Below are positions 43,401 to 49,590 of a DNA stretch of 64,000 bases, in pieces. Position 1 is the first letter of the stretch, and every line of letters begins with the position of its first letter. The notes under the pieces were generated by a model. The model was not told the DNA's origin. It did not search any database and saw only the letters and a program-made list of their open reading frames with translations. The position numbers and the translations under genes are program-made. This DNA comes from a virus, in IMG/VR virus record IMGVR_UViG_3300010354_000075, positions 3,306 to 67,305 of that record; one strand, written 5' to 3'.

Positions 43401-43926
43401 CTACTAGATCAACTTTGTATGTACTTTCAATTTCAAGTTGCTGTCCAAATACTTTTATAACGTCGGGACCGTATGCTAACCAATAATAATTTTGGAAATT
43501 AACGAACTTGTCCCAATTAATATGCGGATCCCAACTATAAAATTCTTGTTTGTTTAATCTTTCATGATTGGCTACATCACCGCCCAATACACTTATTTGA
43601 TTAATATAGTCGATATAATCTTTAAAAAATGTTACATTCTCAAACTTGTCCTGAATAACAGCAGCAGGTTCTAATTGATAATTTTTGCGAGATTCCTCTT
43701 TAGACTCTATATAAATGTCGTCGGACTTAGCAGATTTGGCATTTTGTTGGCCAATGTATCCATTAAGTTTTTTTACTTTACCAGGTTGCGTAAGTTGGTC
43801 TAAAGTAGCCTGTAAGAACTTTTTATTACTATCTGTTCTATAGGTTCTAGGAAGTAAATTAGCAGTTCTTCTTGGTTCGTTACCGCCAGTAGGTAACCCA
43901 AATTCGTCTTGATCGTTATTGGCCAT
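28402..43926 (-). CDS. Giant (5174 aa) multidomain baseplate wedge/adhesin, gp7-like by position
   Basis: Follows gp6; seven FG-GAP-like blades, YxxGDxV repeats, GxGY repeats, a YHYH-like domain and Ig-like DG repeats. Confidence 0.75.
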   Translation of the reverse strand: MANNDQDEFGLPTGGNEPRRTANLLPRTYRTDSNKKFLQATLDQLTQPGKVKKLNGYIGQQNAKSAKSDDIYIESKEESRKNYQLEPAAVIQDKFENVTFFKDYIDYINQISVLGGDVANHERLNKQEFYSWDPHINWDKFVNFQNYYWLAYGPDVIKVFGQQLEIESTYKVDLVDEEDNFAYVFSPNGLTRNPTIRLFRGQTYNFSINSPGNPFSFKLSRVGGDTDRYKKGVSKFAVEQGVITFKVRKDAPDLLYFVNEKDPTAGGVIQILDIEENTFLDVDKDILGKKDYTLTSGVKLSNGMKLNFEGNITPAEYKDGNWYVDGVGTSITLIPESALEIISTYTQESELLFDDTGFDNDPFSVASAYPRDNDYIVMARGSKDRNPWSRYNRWFHEDVIKVSAELNGKIPDVDQSLRAVRPIIEYEADIKLYNFGHQAKKDIDLIDTFTTDVFSIIEGSTGYNVDGVSLTPNMRVLFTADPDILVKGKIFKVNFIEIIVPQRQIEFVADATVNPNSDVITFASEHFLNTGVQVTYLNNGNNDIGGLSNRQQYYVFVVSATQIKLFFDSALTRQVDILNRGANTHKFEVFLGKRKQINLVEEPDTTPLLYETVLVRGGNTSKGSMYWYDGSNWKLAQSKSRVNQPIFFDVFDHDGNSYGDVTAYDGSTFNGNQIFSYKQGNGSKDKILGFPLSYKNINNVGDIVFNFNLLQESFNYKNGNSINSKRTDIGFLKKITGLDTWNYVNGWKKSEIKNVQPIVRIFKESGLVNNFPVDVYDNTDDLSDLEVRVYVNGKRLNREKFTVERGVVRFIVVLDNDVTLSDIVTLKCYAKQSKNNNGFYEIPINLQNNPLNKNLESFTLGEVVDHVSSVVDNISDFVGTYPGNGNLRDLGNLTEFGSRIVQHSCPLNLSLYHLAKLDINVVKSITEAQEDYATFKRTFLTVAENLGVDMDARRHVDLILETMFKDKPSTHSYYFSDMFGYSGYTRLEYLVEDGRFQRIFSISRTFNLDRLSNQAVYVYRNGIQLIEGVDYVFGNDDVFFNIIGELNDDDIIEVYEYDSTDGSFCPPTPTKLGLYPKFKPRKFLDDTYLEPKEVIQGHDGSITLCYGDYRDDLLLELELRIYNNIKQKYDPAIFDIWNYIPGYNRKTAYSKEEFDRVLSPSFFQWTSLIKEDFTKQTYWDRLEPFTFNYRGNYYPDGSDSQAFWRGIYNWIFDTDSPHITPWQCLGFSIEPTWWQEVYGPAPYTSDNFLLWDDLSQGIIREPGKPPKVHDKFIRPILRNTSPTDELGNLRNPLESNFVTGPLPSTSEGFYSFGDQGPVETAWRRSSYYPFALIKTILLLHPAQTLSVCFDRNRQIRSATGQLVYSPTSLRIRLSDIVLPSTVNDTTRVFTSGLVNYIIDFATSDVTFKIDEYKQDLQHLTNKISHKLGGFTSKNKFKILLDSKNPTSSGGVFVPEDNFNIFLNVSSPIKKLVYSGVVISKFSDGYELRGYNFDEPFFTYYPFRQNDRVIRIGGISESFTSWDTNKTYVAGKVVLYSNRYYRTNVTHQSGDNFDETLFTKLPGLPMIGGAEAILRKSFVKNQELFLSYGTRLKTIQEVVDFLQGYGAYLEEQGFVFDQYNPTIKAVTNWETSVNEFLFWTTQNWGEGSALSLSPAAVKLIIRNDLAVVDDIRNPFYGYKVFRVDGQLLGAEFVSTFRSGNEFSIIPENTAYGIYGGTFYLVQKEHVLLLDNTTLFNDVIYDQEPGYRQERVKVIGYKTTDWNGGFDIPGFIFDKAFINDFTPWTDYNLGDIVKHKEYFYSAKQFVVGGENFKSDEWVLLREKPVPTLIPNWDYRSEQFTDFYDLDTDNFDSEQQRLAQHLIGYQNRQYLENIIKDDVSQYKFYQGMIIEKGTQNVLSKLFDVLSADNQESLTFNEEWAVRVGEYGASAVFEEIEFKLDESKFKLNPQPIQLVNTVENINTDLIYRIALGDVYLKPLGYKNSPWPTLGTKRFLRSPGYVRYEDVKVNVDTLNEIINLDIDDFQEGDYVWTAFENRDWNVYRFTKNTFSIEDVEYSDGIITLQCDIFPNIEKGDIIGIIHSEKIKGFHIVSSVQSRKITIEKVIKDWKPPFVDSSEILTYKFISSRVDNIDNANEILPPYIKNKELLWADVGSKNLSYNGAIPYTVYSNEKIYNRFILENKEPLLEVKFGTKVAINKNGNILAVSTANNEVYIYEKGPVSDTYDVWLQQQLITPNLKLASTDNLGFGAEVAFSADGKWMAIAAPTASNIRSNWKGDFYNSNSYAFGDIVQVRNTHFSARRSAVSNDLSSIDIFSQDWAPAYLVTTEEYKPNNSNLNQGYVNLYARTPGGSYNLFQSFVSPNPTAGELFGSKMVFAQNGNEYVLSITSPGYNDNQGRVYMFRYAELEEDSSQSNWHMDYRRSYTGIFSPSRQYYPGDVVFYNYELYECITLQDPNTFETNASGWQILEETNILGYFPQEVVSNVADVTPIVITNITPNFPATTGTVKFRRATITYATRPSAPFTAGQYIEIRNCNPNVYNGDWLVYSSSTTQTVIVCPFPRFLPSPPYLGGLEDPLYKYVGGGIVTLAIVSPVKDQNVESVNPGDLFGYDIAMSGDGTKIVISAPYADQNTYNNYRGKFRSTEKYDVNDVVYYGGGVDPAGYYSYKKTFDSSVAGTFNTNDWRLLTTAQFNNTGKIFTYEYNGNAYVLVDSLGAQNLNLNLEQRFGESVSISDSGSHLAVSSTLYTDTYNAQGSVKIFEAYSGSWSPYQTLVSIDPGNNHKFGHYVEFMNDADTLVVHSVNSDIKNETTFDNSTTQFDNSTLRIVDLQFLTGRVDVFDKYNSNYVFGESLTTSSINEASDGYGKSIAVGSNNILVSAPREENQDFPDAGIVYAYRKPSGKFSWSVVHYERARPNVYQIKKAFLYNRRENLLVKYLDVIDPIQGKIPGIADQEIKFKTYYDPATYSVGNELVTVDDGMAWTNTYTGMLWWDLTKAKFIENQGGEIVYRSTNWNTLYETGSIDIYEWVESKLLPSERDKIADTEKGLIQGLSGKSKYGDSVYSIKKKYDTVSKTFVNTYYYWVKNTTIVPNKEGRMLAAEAISRLIADPRSFGYPCLVLLSPDSFGLVNVDSYLKDKDVVLSVQYWTVENKENNSHSQWKIISEHPNTILPYEIEQKWIDSLQGVDKNGRTVPDLKLPIKQRFGIENRPRQSMFINRIEALKQFIERVNSILKNNLIVDEFDLTPLTKLEEPPSAVSGQWDIAIDTYPEFRFVGTSQLEQIKLTPVIVDGKLTEVQIVQRGKGYINSPTSIITGKGRNAEIKINLNATGGVDTVDIVNPGFGYKADTFINVRPYSVLVLSDSESYDKWAIYHYNRANRDWTKQKAQSYNVTTYWSYIDWYDTGYDQFTKFNHVVANTNELASLESFIGQIIKVSNVGTGGWTLFLKINDIITTDFTQNFKVIGRQNGTIKFLDNLYNFKGKEQGFDALLYDAGQYDSVPSAELSIILDTIKNKILIDNLRADYLKLFFSSMRYALSEQPFLDWIMKTSFVKATHNAGELKQKVNYNSDNLQDFESYINEVKPFRTKVREYVSGYTRLDNAALSVTDFDLPPIINEDFKVHPLTVVLNENYALGSSAFQLLEYPWKHWYDNAAYSIQTIELFDGGKGYIDPPTVKIVDDYGLVTSTNELKSNFDGPNSVWLLQEGTLKITATGLPYHSHGTQEANNVAVDQSYNQVIPLRGGSYAAGPHAEIPEGIIGYWLNGVAIFNPSAGTATPEGYDSQTDYNYNAAYSTSEILELNFGHDRAGGLVTEDGQYSYRDSSFLDAWLSGIGNDLADVDKIDALEIPYLRNGLEHADGHSKILGFALDGYPIYGPNGYNVATDPNSGVDRMTSSYGLKNSSYRTGFLQDLTTYPMGMFIQDYEYSGDGTLDKHNGRYCITPDYPNGTYAYFVTTNSAGTPVYPYVIGPTYFGDSAPQDRNDASNGKGTPPKFYNLYNSNAVQATARAYITNGKVSRIVLRTEGSGYLTAPRVVFEGGLDSTVENYHAKAYAVLKNNVVRSNKTLIKFDRNSRNYFVTELTQVETFVGTGSRKQFALRFSPVLTIGNTLVKINDNEILRDNYSLSIKKSTTKGFTSYYGVLTLETAPAIGDQVQITYDKNFEHLNAADRINFYYNPQTGQLGKDLAQLMTGIDYGGVIVSGLGLSLGGGWDSQPWFSEGWDGYDVGFTDYIVSVSDSTYVFDLPYVPTAGEQINVYVNGVRIDDEYYDSYDGITVQPNGRTSAPEGRVMQTWTGDGLSKTIELPNLTSIVPLDINAGDKIIFRKSTSDGSINPDPKNFDTQLQGGNLSYTTATGFAPDDILVEGGGRFITPETSHAPEEIVPGHITDTLNIKVFRLPVSGSSRIISKNYICDGVLDQFDISQFPNGENGVFVNLDNQILKLGTDYTLDWQSRKIILTVAPANKKILNVTCFGVASDNLLDSNFFVADGSTSDYITNAPWPQLYTDDVFEQSIDRLGSVVLVNNQPVIYELFRTDESYETTGFVGIRFPDPPEQDAIINYIMTADANTSLSLINSTPIAADGSTTSFSLGTVPTDNSKPYENYILVIANGNLLRPAESIYWRMSDNEYVYEIADFKTLPFSLDPSTIKVYIDGELLSSLDYVINNTNLTIEIRDFVYVDQGILTLTRFEDTDYTISGNNIIFDTAPSGNVDVITFFNHSVQNIVRTREYFSISSTLVPGSASYYQYHSIKGGSLRLFRLAQSDDYIWVAKNRELLVHSVDYYLDDDHRTIKFKDAFEDSDVIDVILFGDKNVTNSFGFMQFKDMLNRTHYKRISKNKSTRLVKDLKQRDLTIEVENGSMLTEPNRALNLPGIVEINGERIEYLTKNGNVLGQLRRATLGTGSPAIHRVTSVVLDIGPTETIPYNDEFIVESSIGDGSTKNIRLSYAPTKVDVDWYTDTIPSTYGRSDEIEVFVGGYRLKKNPYSLFDETNQYPDSPEGDNQYEAEFSVDGTEQVRLTNEVAENVKITVIKKVGRVWEDSAPPAKVFRNIQAGSGGAVFDVIKNGPTYTLTLRRGGINYSVGDVLIILGSRLGGTTPENDIVITVTDISDDSSASILGYTYTGIGASSGFTTVSLSDSDNPVANFLKNTEAVWPQYFADKYQYVLLTDTGESITVDGEEPLELD

Positions 43927-46900
43927 TAGTCTTCAATTCCTGCGCTAGTTATAATTTGTTGTCCTGTTGCTGTGTTACTTGCTACGATAGCTCCGCTAGC
44001 TTTTAACTTACTAGCAGTAACCGCAGTAATAACTTCGATATCATTTACTGTTGCTCCATTTACAAAGATTTGATCTTTTTCGCATTTAATTTCATATAAA
44101 GCGCCAAACGTCAATCTTGTTTCTTTAGGAACAATAACAAAATTAACCACATATGGACTTAATCTGTTCATCACATAAGTAGCTAACTCTGTAAAATAAA
44201 ATGTTTCTCCAAACTCCCAATTTTCAATACTGAAAAATTCGTTTATAGCCGATAATGCGCTAGATTTTACATCATTATCGCTTATTACTAATTCTGAATT
44301 TTTAACAATTTTAAATGTAGCTTGTACATCTAATGTAGCTTTTTCTCCAAATAACACTTTATACTTTACTGGATGATAAACTATTTCATCACTTATAGAT
44401 TTTATTTTGTTTAGTTCTGTACTCATTAAACTAAACAAAGTATCTTGACTAGGAGGATAAGGTTCGCTATCTAAAGCATTGTTCAACCATTGTCTAAAAT
44501 TTTGATCGTATTGTTTTGTTAACACATAAATGTCAATTAAATTTGTAATACCAGGATCAATTCTAGACTCATAATCAGCATTGTGTATATACTGAAATTT
44601 AATATTAGGTCTACCAACAAACACTTTATAATCTATAGAAGGCTCAAAACTAGCACTTGCTAAGGTAAATTTGTAAACTGTGTCAGTTTCTTCTGAATAA
44701 ACATATTGTCCATCAGCCAACACACCTAAATTAGAAAGAATACCTAAAGAGCTGACTATTATAACTTTTTGATCTGTATTATCAACATATCTGTAATCTT
44801 CTTGCCCTGCTGAAATCTCATACTTTTCTAAAATTATTTTTTTAGTAGTTGGGGAAACAGTAGGAGCAACTATTTCTTCAAATAAAATAGGATTATCAAC
44901 TACACCGTCATCGTCTAAATCACTAAAGGTTACCTGTATTTTTTTAGTATCTACATAACCATCTAACCCTTTAAATTCTTCTGTAATTTCCCAATCTCTA
45001 CTTATGGTAAAAGGAACTAAACTATCTGGCTGTGTATTGATGTTTAAAATTCTAATTTTATCTTTTACTATTGTATTATTTCTAGTATCGTAGATTTTAT
45101 CGCTAGCATCAAAATAAAAACGAATCTGTTTCTCGCTTTCGAATACATAACGTAATAATCTAGATTTTACTGTATAAAATTCAGTATCGGTTGTAAAAAG
45201 TAACAACCAGCTAGAGTCTAATTGCTGATTACTGTTATCGCCTTGTTTACCTAGGCTAAATCTATCGTTTATGTTTAGATTAACTTCAAAAACAATTTTC
45301 CAAGTTTTAGATTGAATATCATATCTTAGTCCGAACGGCTTGTTCGCAAAAATCAAATCAATCATTGTGGACACTGTATTGTTTTCTAATGTAGTACGCC
45401 AAGCTGGAATAATCTGATTTACTATAGCATTTTGTGGAATAATATCATTAAATGTCACAGGACCGGATCCGTCAGCAAAGATCCCATCGCCACCTGCTGT
45501 ACCGTCACCCGAAACGTTAATGACTTTACACCATAAACTTGTAACAGCATTATCCACATTTGCTGTACCACGTACCAACTTATTATCATTACTTTTATCG
45601 AAGTAATAACCTGTCGGAGGAACAAACTGTATTAAAGCGCCTGGTGACAAGTATCTTAATAGTGTACTTGTATATGTTCCTAATTTATATGGTACTGGCT
45701 CGGTGTCATAGGATATACTAGGATTTCTAATATCACTAATATATCCTGTACATTGATTTGTATCAACTGTTCTACTGTACCATGAAACAGACAACGAATC
45801 AGTTACTACAGTAAAAAAATTACCGTAATAAAAATCTCTTAATGTAGAAGATTTTAAAGTGTCTATAACTTGATTATAAATGATTGCTTCTATATCTGTT
45901 CTATTCTGATAGCTAAATTTAAAACTTTCAGTAAATTCCTCTTTATATAAGATTCCATCATCAGCGAATAAATTTGTTTTACTAAATTTTCCTGTTGGGT
46001 CTACTAAATCAAAATATCTGCTTATACCGCTAGCACTTCTATTCACTGCCTTAATTTTTATAACTTGCTGATTGACACTTAACGGACTGATATTATAATC
46101 CTCTGCTGTAATCATTCTATTCTGAGTATAATAAGTAGCAGGAGCCTTTGACTTAATACTGTCATTACTCTCTGATTCGGAACTATTATCTACACTTGAT
46201 TGTAAACTTACGTTGATTGTCAGAGTTTCAAATTGTCCATTATTACTAATATAAGGAACAGCAATACTAATATTTCTGATATCTTTGGGATTTATAGTGT
46301 AGCTTATACCATTACTTGTTCTATAATATACTCTAAATGTTCCTCTAGGAATATTACCAAATGTACCATCACTGAATAACAGACTGGCTCTATCACCTGC
46401 TCGTGTCACTACACTATAAATGTTCCTTACTGATTTTTTAAGACTATTATAGATTATATTATTACCTTCAAGACTAGGAACTTTTTGCCAATATTCATTT
46501 TCTAACCCATTCTGATCTAAACGATACAACCAAATATCAGTATCATTAATGTTTACCGCATCAATATCGATGCTTTCACTTGTACTTGGTTGTAAAATAT
46601 CAAATGTTCCTTGAGCTAAAATTCCCTGTCTAAAATGTAGGAAAAATCCGGTATTAATACTGGCATTGCCTTTGCCGTCATTTCTAAAAATAAATGCTAA
46701 TCTATTTCCAATAGCAGGTGGTTCTTCGTAAATGTCTTGAGAATTTTTAAAAACAGTTGAAACTATTTCAAAGGGCATGTTTCTGCCGTCTACTGACTTG
46801 GTAAAACTGTAAACTGGAGCATCAGTGTTAGCACTCTGAAATCTATATTGTTCTGTTGGAATACCGTATATTACTGCTTTGTCGTCTGGATTACCAAATT

Positions 46901-47405
46901 GACGGCTAGAAGGTAACGCAGCATTAATGACCTTTATAAATTGATCGTACCAATTAGCATTAGATGGATCGTTCCATAAAATAATTTGTCCGGAAAGATT
47001 ACGACCATTGGAATCTATAACTGTTTGAGTAGTGCTTACACTACTAAACTTTAATAATCCACTACCTGCTATGTTTCTTTTAGGATTATAGCTTAGTAAT
47101 CTAGCTAATCTAAGAACACTTTCTCTACGTTCTGCTAACTCTAGAAAGTTGTCCCTAGCATTTAAATCAGTTCTAAAACTGATACTTTGACCCAAAAATG
47201 CTATTAAATCAATTAATGCCAAATACTCAGAACTTTCAATATAATCGTTGAAATCTTCTGGATAATTTTCCCTAATGTAATTAATCATTACACGTCGCAG
47301 ATTTTCAAAATCATAACTTTGAAAATCGGCATTACGGAAAGTTTGGTAAATTCTTTTCCAGTCTTCGGCTATTAATAATCTATTTTGTCTATCGGTTGCT
47401 GACAT
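43926..47405 (-). CDS. gp6: Baseplate wedge protein gp6-like
   Basis: DFENLR..FNDYIESS..LIDLIAF..AERRESVLRLARLLSYNPKR; ESNDSIK..AP..TQNRMITAEDY. Confidence 0.85.
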   Translation of the reverse strand: MSATDRQNRLLIAEDWKRIYQTFRNADFQSYDFENLRRVMINYIRENYPEDFNDYIESSEYLALIDLIAFLGQSISFRTDLNARDNFLELAERRESVLRLARLLSYNPKRNIAGSGLLKFSSVSTTQTVIDSNGRNLSGQIILWNDPSNANWYDQFIKVINAALPSSRQFGNPDDKAVIYGIPTEQYRFQSANTDAPVYSFTKSVDGRNMPFEIVSTVFKNSQDIYEEPPAIGNRLAFIFRNDGKGNASINTGFFLHFRQGILAQGTFDILQPSTSESIDIDAVNINDTDIWLYRLDQNGLENEYWQKVPSLEGNNIIYNSLKKSVRNIYSVVTRAGDRASLLFSDGTFGNIPRGTFRVYYRTSNGISYTINPKDIRNISIAVPYISNNGQFETLTINVSLQSSVDNSSESESNDSIKSKAPATYYTQNRMITAEDYNISPLSVNQQVIKIKAVNRSASGISRYFDLVDPTGKFSKTNLFADDGILYKEEFTESFKFSYQNRTDIEAIIYNQVIDTLKSSTLRDFYYGNFFTVVTDSLSVSWYSRTVDTNQCTGYISDIRNPSISYDTEPVPYKLGTYTSTLLRYLSPGALIQFVPPTGYYFDKSNDNKLVRGTANVDNAVTSLWCKVINVSGDGTAGGDGIFADGSGPVTFNDIIPQNAIVNQIIPAWRTTLENNTVSTMIDLIFANKPFGLRYDIQSKTWKIVFEVNLNINDRFSLGKQGDNSNQQLDSSWLLLFTTDTEFYTVKSRLLRYVFESEKQIRFYFDASDKIYDTRNNTIVKDKIRILNINTQPDSLVPFTISRDWEITEEFKGLDGYVDTKKIQVTFSDLDDDGVVDNPILFEEIVAPTVSPTTKKIILEKYEISAGQEDYRYVDNTDQKVIIVSSLGILSNLGVLADGQYVYSEETDTVYKFTLASASFEPSIDYKVFVGRPNIKFQYIHNADYESRIDPGITNLIDIYVLTKQYDQNFRQWLNNALDSEPYPPSQDTLFSLMSTELNKIKSISDEIVYHPVKYKVLFGEKATLDVQATFKIVKNSELVISDNDVKSSALSAINEFFSIENWEFGETFYFTELATYVMNRLSPYVVNFVIVPKETRLTFGALYEIKCEKDQIFVNGATVNDIEVITAVTASKLKASGAIVASNTATGQQIITSAGIED

Positions 47406-47426
47406 ACGCTATTCCCAATTATACAA

Positions 47427-47457
47427 TATTTAGCGTATTTTGAAATGTGCGTACTTT
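47427..47457 (-). promoter_or_regulatory. Bipartite late promoter AAAGTACGCAC-N14-TAAATA
   Basis: TATTTA 47427-47432 and GTGCGTACTTT 47447-47457; a second GCGTATTTT copy at 47433-47441. Confidence 0.7.
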
Positions 47458-47896
47458 ATATTATTGAATTATCTTGATCAAATTTTAGTTGTAAGGTTTC
47501 TGCGATATTGTAAGGCAAATATGTTAAGCGGCATTCTACTTGTATACCGCTTTCGTAACTAGTAACAATGATTTGCTCTGGGACAACACGGGGATCATAA
47601 TTTATAATCGTTTCTACATTTTTCTGTATCAACGTTTTTATTTCTTCTGTTAAAGGTTCGAACAAACAATCCCAAATAATAGTTCCAAATTCAGGATTTT
47701 CTAATCGTTCGCCCTGCCTTATATGAAAATGATTTAATAAATCTTGTTTAATAAGAGCCAGATCGTATAAAGCAAAACTGTTAGCATCTGAACTAATCGT
47801 GCTGAATCCTTTATAGGTTTTAGTTCCTGGTAACTTTTGTCCTTTAAGGTCTCCCTTAACTACAATTTTATCGTATAAACGTGAATTAGCACTCAT
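47456..47896 (-). CDS. gp25: Baseplate wedge gp25 (GPW/gp25 family)
   Basis: IKQDLLN..RQGERLENPEFGT.IWDCLFEP..I..YDPRV. Confidence 0.9.
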   Translation of the reverse strand: MSANSRLYDKIVVKGDLKGQKLPGTKTYKGFSTISSDANSFALYDLALIKQDLLNHFHIRQGERLENPEFGTIIWDCLFEPLTEEIKTLIQKNVETIINYDPRVVPEQIIVTSYESGIQVECRLTYLPYNIAETLQLKFDQDNSII

Positions 47897-47901
47897 AGTA
47901 A

Positions 47902-47909
47902 TATTTATT
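47902..47909 (-). promoter_or_regulatory. Late promoter AATAAATA, 5 nt before the gp25 ATG
   Basis: T4 late consensus-like; no room for a Shine-Dalgarno downstream of the promoter. Confidence 0.55.
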
Positions 47910-49590
47910 AGTCACTTTGTAGCTTTCTGAACGGATCTACCGCAGCACTGTATGTTTTCCAGCCGCTAGCAGGTGTTAACATGGTTACTGAAAATTCTGA
48001 TTGATCTTTGAGCTGTTCCTCGTCCGTATCTTCATATCTTCCTTCGATATCTCTGTCGGTTAATTCTGGTTTCACTTTAAGGGGATCAAGATTCTCGTGA
48101 TGCGGATACGGTTCATGAGTAATTATTCTTCGCATGATAGAAGGTTCTAATGGTAGTTCATCTTGATCAGGCAGTGTATGTAATTTTAGTCTTTGTGGTA
48201 ACTCTGCTTCTTTAGCTTTTGCTGCTGTTGAAGCAGCAGGTCCATTCATATGAATCAGTGCCGCAGTTTCAATATGATTGCCTCCGCTTTTAATTTCTGT
48301 AGTTTTTCCTGCTGTAAACCAATTATGCCCTGTGGTATTAAAATCTGTATCTTTTAAAACTGTAACTTTATGATTTTCATCAAACAGTTTTTCTACATCC
48401 TTTTTAACATGTTGTTTATAAGTCAACTCATAAGTTTTATCCACTTCTTGTTTAACGTGAATTTTTTGTTTACCATCTACAATTAAAATTTGATCCATCA
48501 TTACATGTGTATGTAATTCACTACCAACTTTAATATTCATGTTTCTTACACACTCAAAATTTATATCTCTGTCGGCAAAGAAATTAAGATCTTGTTTGGT
48601 ATGTATGCTAATACTATCCTCAGCAAAAACATCAATTTTTCCATCACTAGTTAATTCTATCCACGCAGTACCTTTACTATTTCCTATATAAATTAAATCT
48701 TCAGAATTATGTAATAAAATTTGATGCCCTGTTCTTGTACGTAATCTTATACATTCATTATGGGGTATAGTATTGTCACCATCAGTTTCACCGTTCAATA
48801 AATTACTGTATTCTGGAGGACCGTCTGAAGCAGGAGTTTTTCTAATAAATTTGTCATTGCCGTCGTCCATAACAAATGTAGACCCGCCTAATCTACTTAC
48901 AAAGGCGCCGTCAATTAAGTGTTCAGCTTTACCTATCTTGCCACGCTTTCCATTTTTATCAACTGGACCTGGTGTACTAATACCAAACACAGCACTTGGG
49001 ATTTCTCTTCTTGCTGAGCTAGTTGTGATACCCCTAGTATCATCTAAAATTAATCCTTGCTTAACTAAAAATTCTGTTATAGGATGTTGAGGTTTAGGTC
49101 TTTTTGTAGGATCTCCTGTATTTTCGTTGGCTACTTTATTATACTCGGCAACTGGTACTCTTTCGCTATCTTCTGTTTTGGTATCACCTACTACAAATTC
49201 CGTGGCGGCTAAGCCTGGGACCATGAAATTCATACCCTCGTCTTGTACACAACCTATCCAATAACCTTTACGGGGATCGCCGCCAATAAAAATTACTACT
49301 ACTAAGGTTCCTACATCTGGAGGAACAAACCACATACCATAACTTTTTTGTGTATTTTGAAAATCGTCTGTGTCAGTTACATGTTCCGCGCCAGTAACAC
49401 CATAGAAAGGATTAAGATATTTTACAGTAGTTAATTGCCCATCTGAATTTACATCCCCTGTGACCTCCCTTAGAATCTGAACTTCTAATCCGCCCATATA
49501 GGTTGGATCGAGATGGCTTACAACTTTAGCCAAAAAAGGACCAGGGTCTACTGGTGTACTACCTGCTTGTGGTCTGCTTTCAATAGCCAT
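47908..49590 (-). CDS. Baseplate central spike gp5/VgrG-like (OB fold plus beta-helix, no lysozyme)
   Basis: DPTYMGGLEV..GMWFVPPDVGTLVVVIF..YWIGC OB fold; RLRTRTGHQI..IELTSDGKI; repetitive beta-helix segment. Confidence 0.8.
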   Translation of the reverse strand: MAIESRPQAGSTPVDPGPFLAKVVSHLDPTYMGGLEVQILREVTGDVNSDGQLTTVKYLNPFYGVTGAEHVTDTDDFQNTQKSYGMWFVPPDVGTLVVVIFIGGDPRKGYWIGCVQDEGMNFMVPGLAATEFVVGDTKTEDSERVPVAEYNKVANENTGDPTKRPKPQHPITEFLVKQGLILDDTRGITTSSARREIPSAVFGISTPGPVDKNGKRGKIGKAEHLIDGAFVSRLGGSTFVMDDGNDKFIRKTPASDGPPEYSNLLNGETDGDNTIPHNECIRLRTRTGHQILLHNSEDLIYIGNSKGTAWIELTSDGKIDVFAEDSISIHTKQDLNFFADRDINFECVRNMNIKVGSELHTHVMMDQILIVDGKQKIHVKQEVDKTYELTYKQHVKKDVEKLFDENHKVTVLKDTDFNTTGHNWFTAGKTTEIKSGGNHIETAALIHMNGPAASTAAKAKEAELPQRLKLHTLPDQDELPLEPSIMRRIITHEPYPHHENLDPLKVKPELTDRDIEGRYEDTDEEQLKDQSEFSVTMLTPASGWKTYSAAVDPFRKLQSD

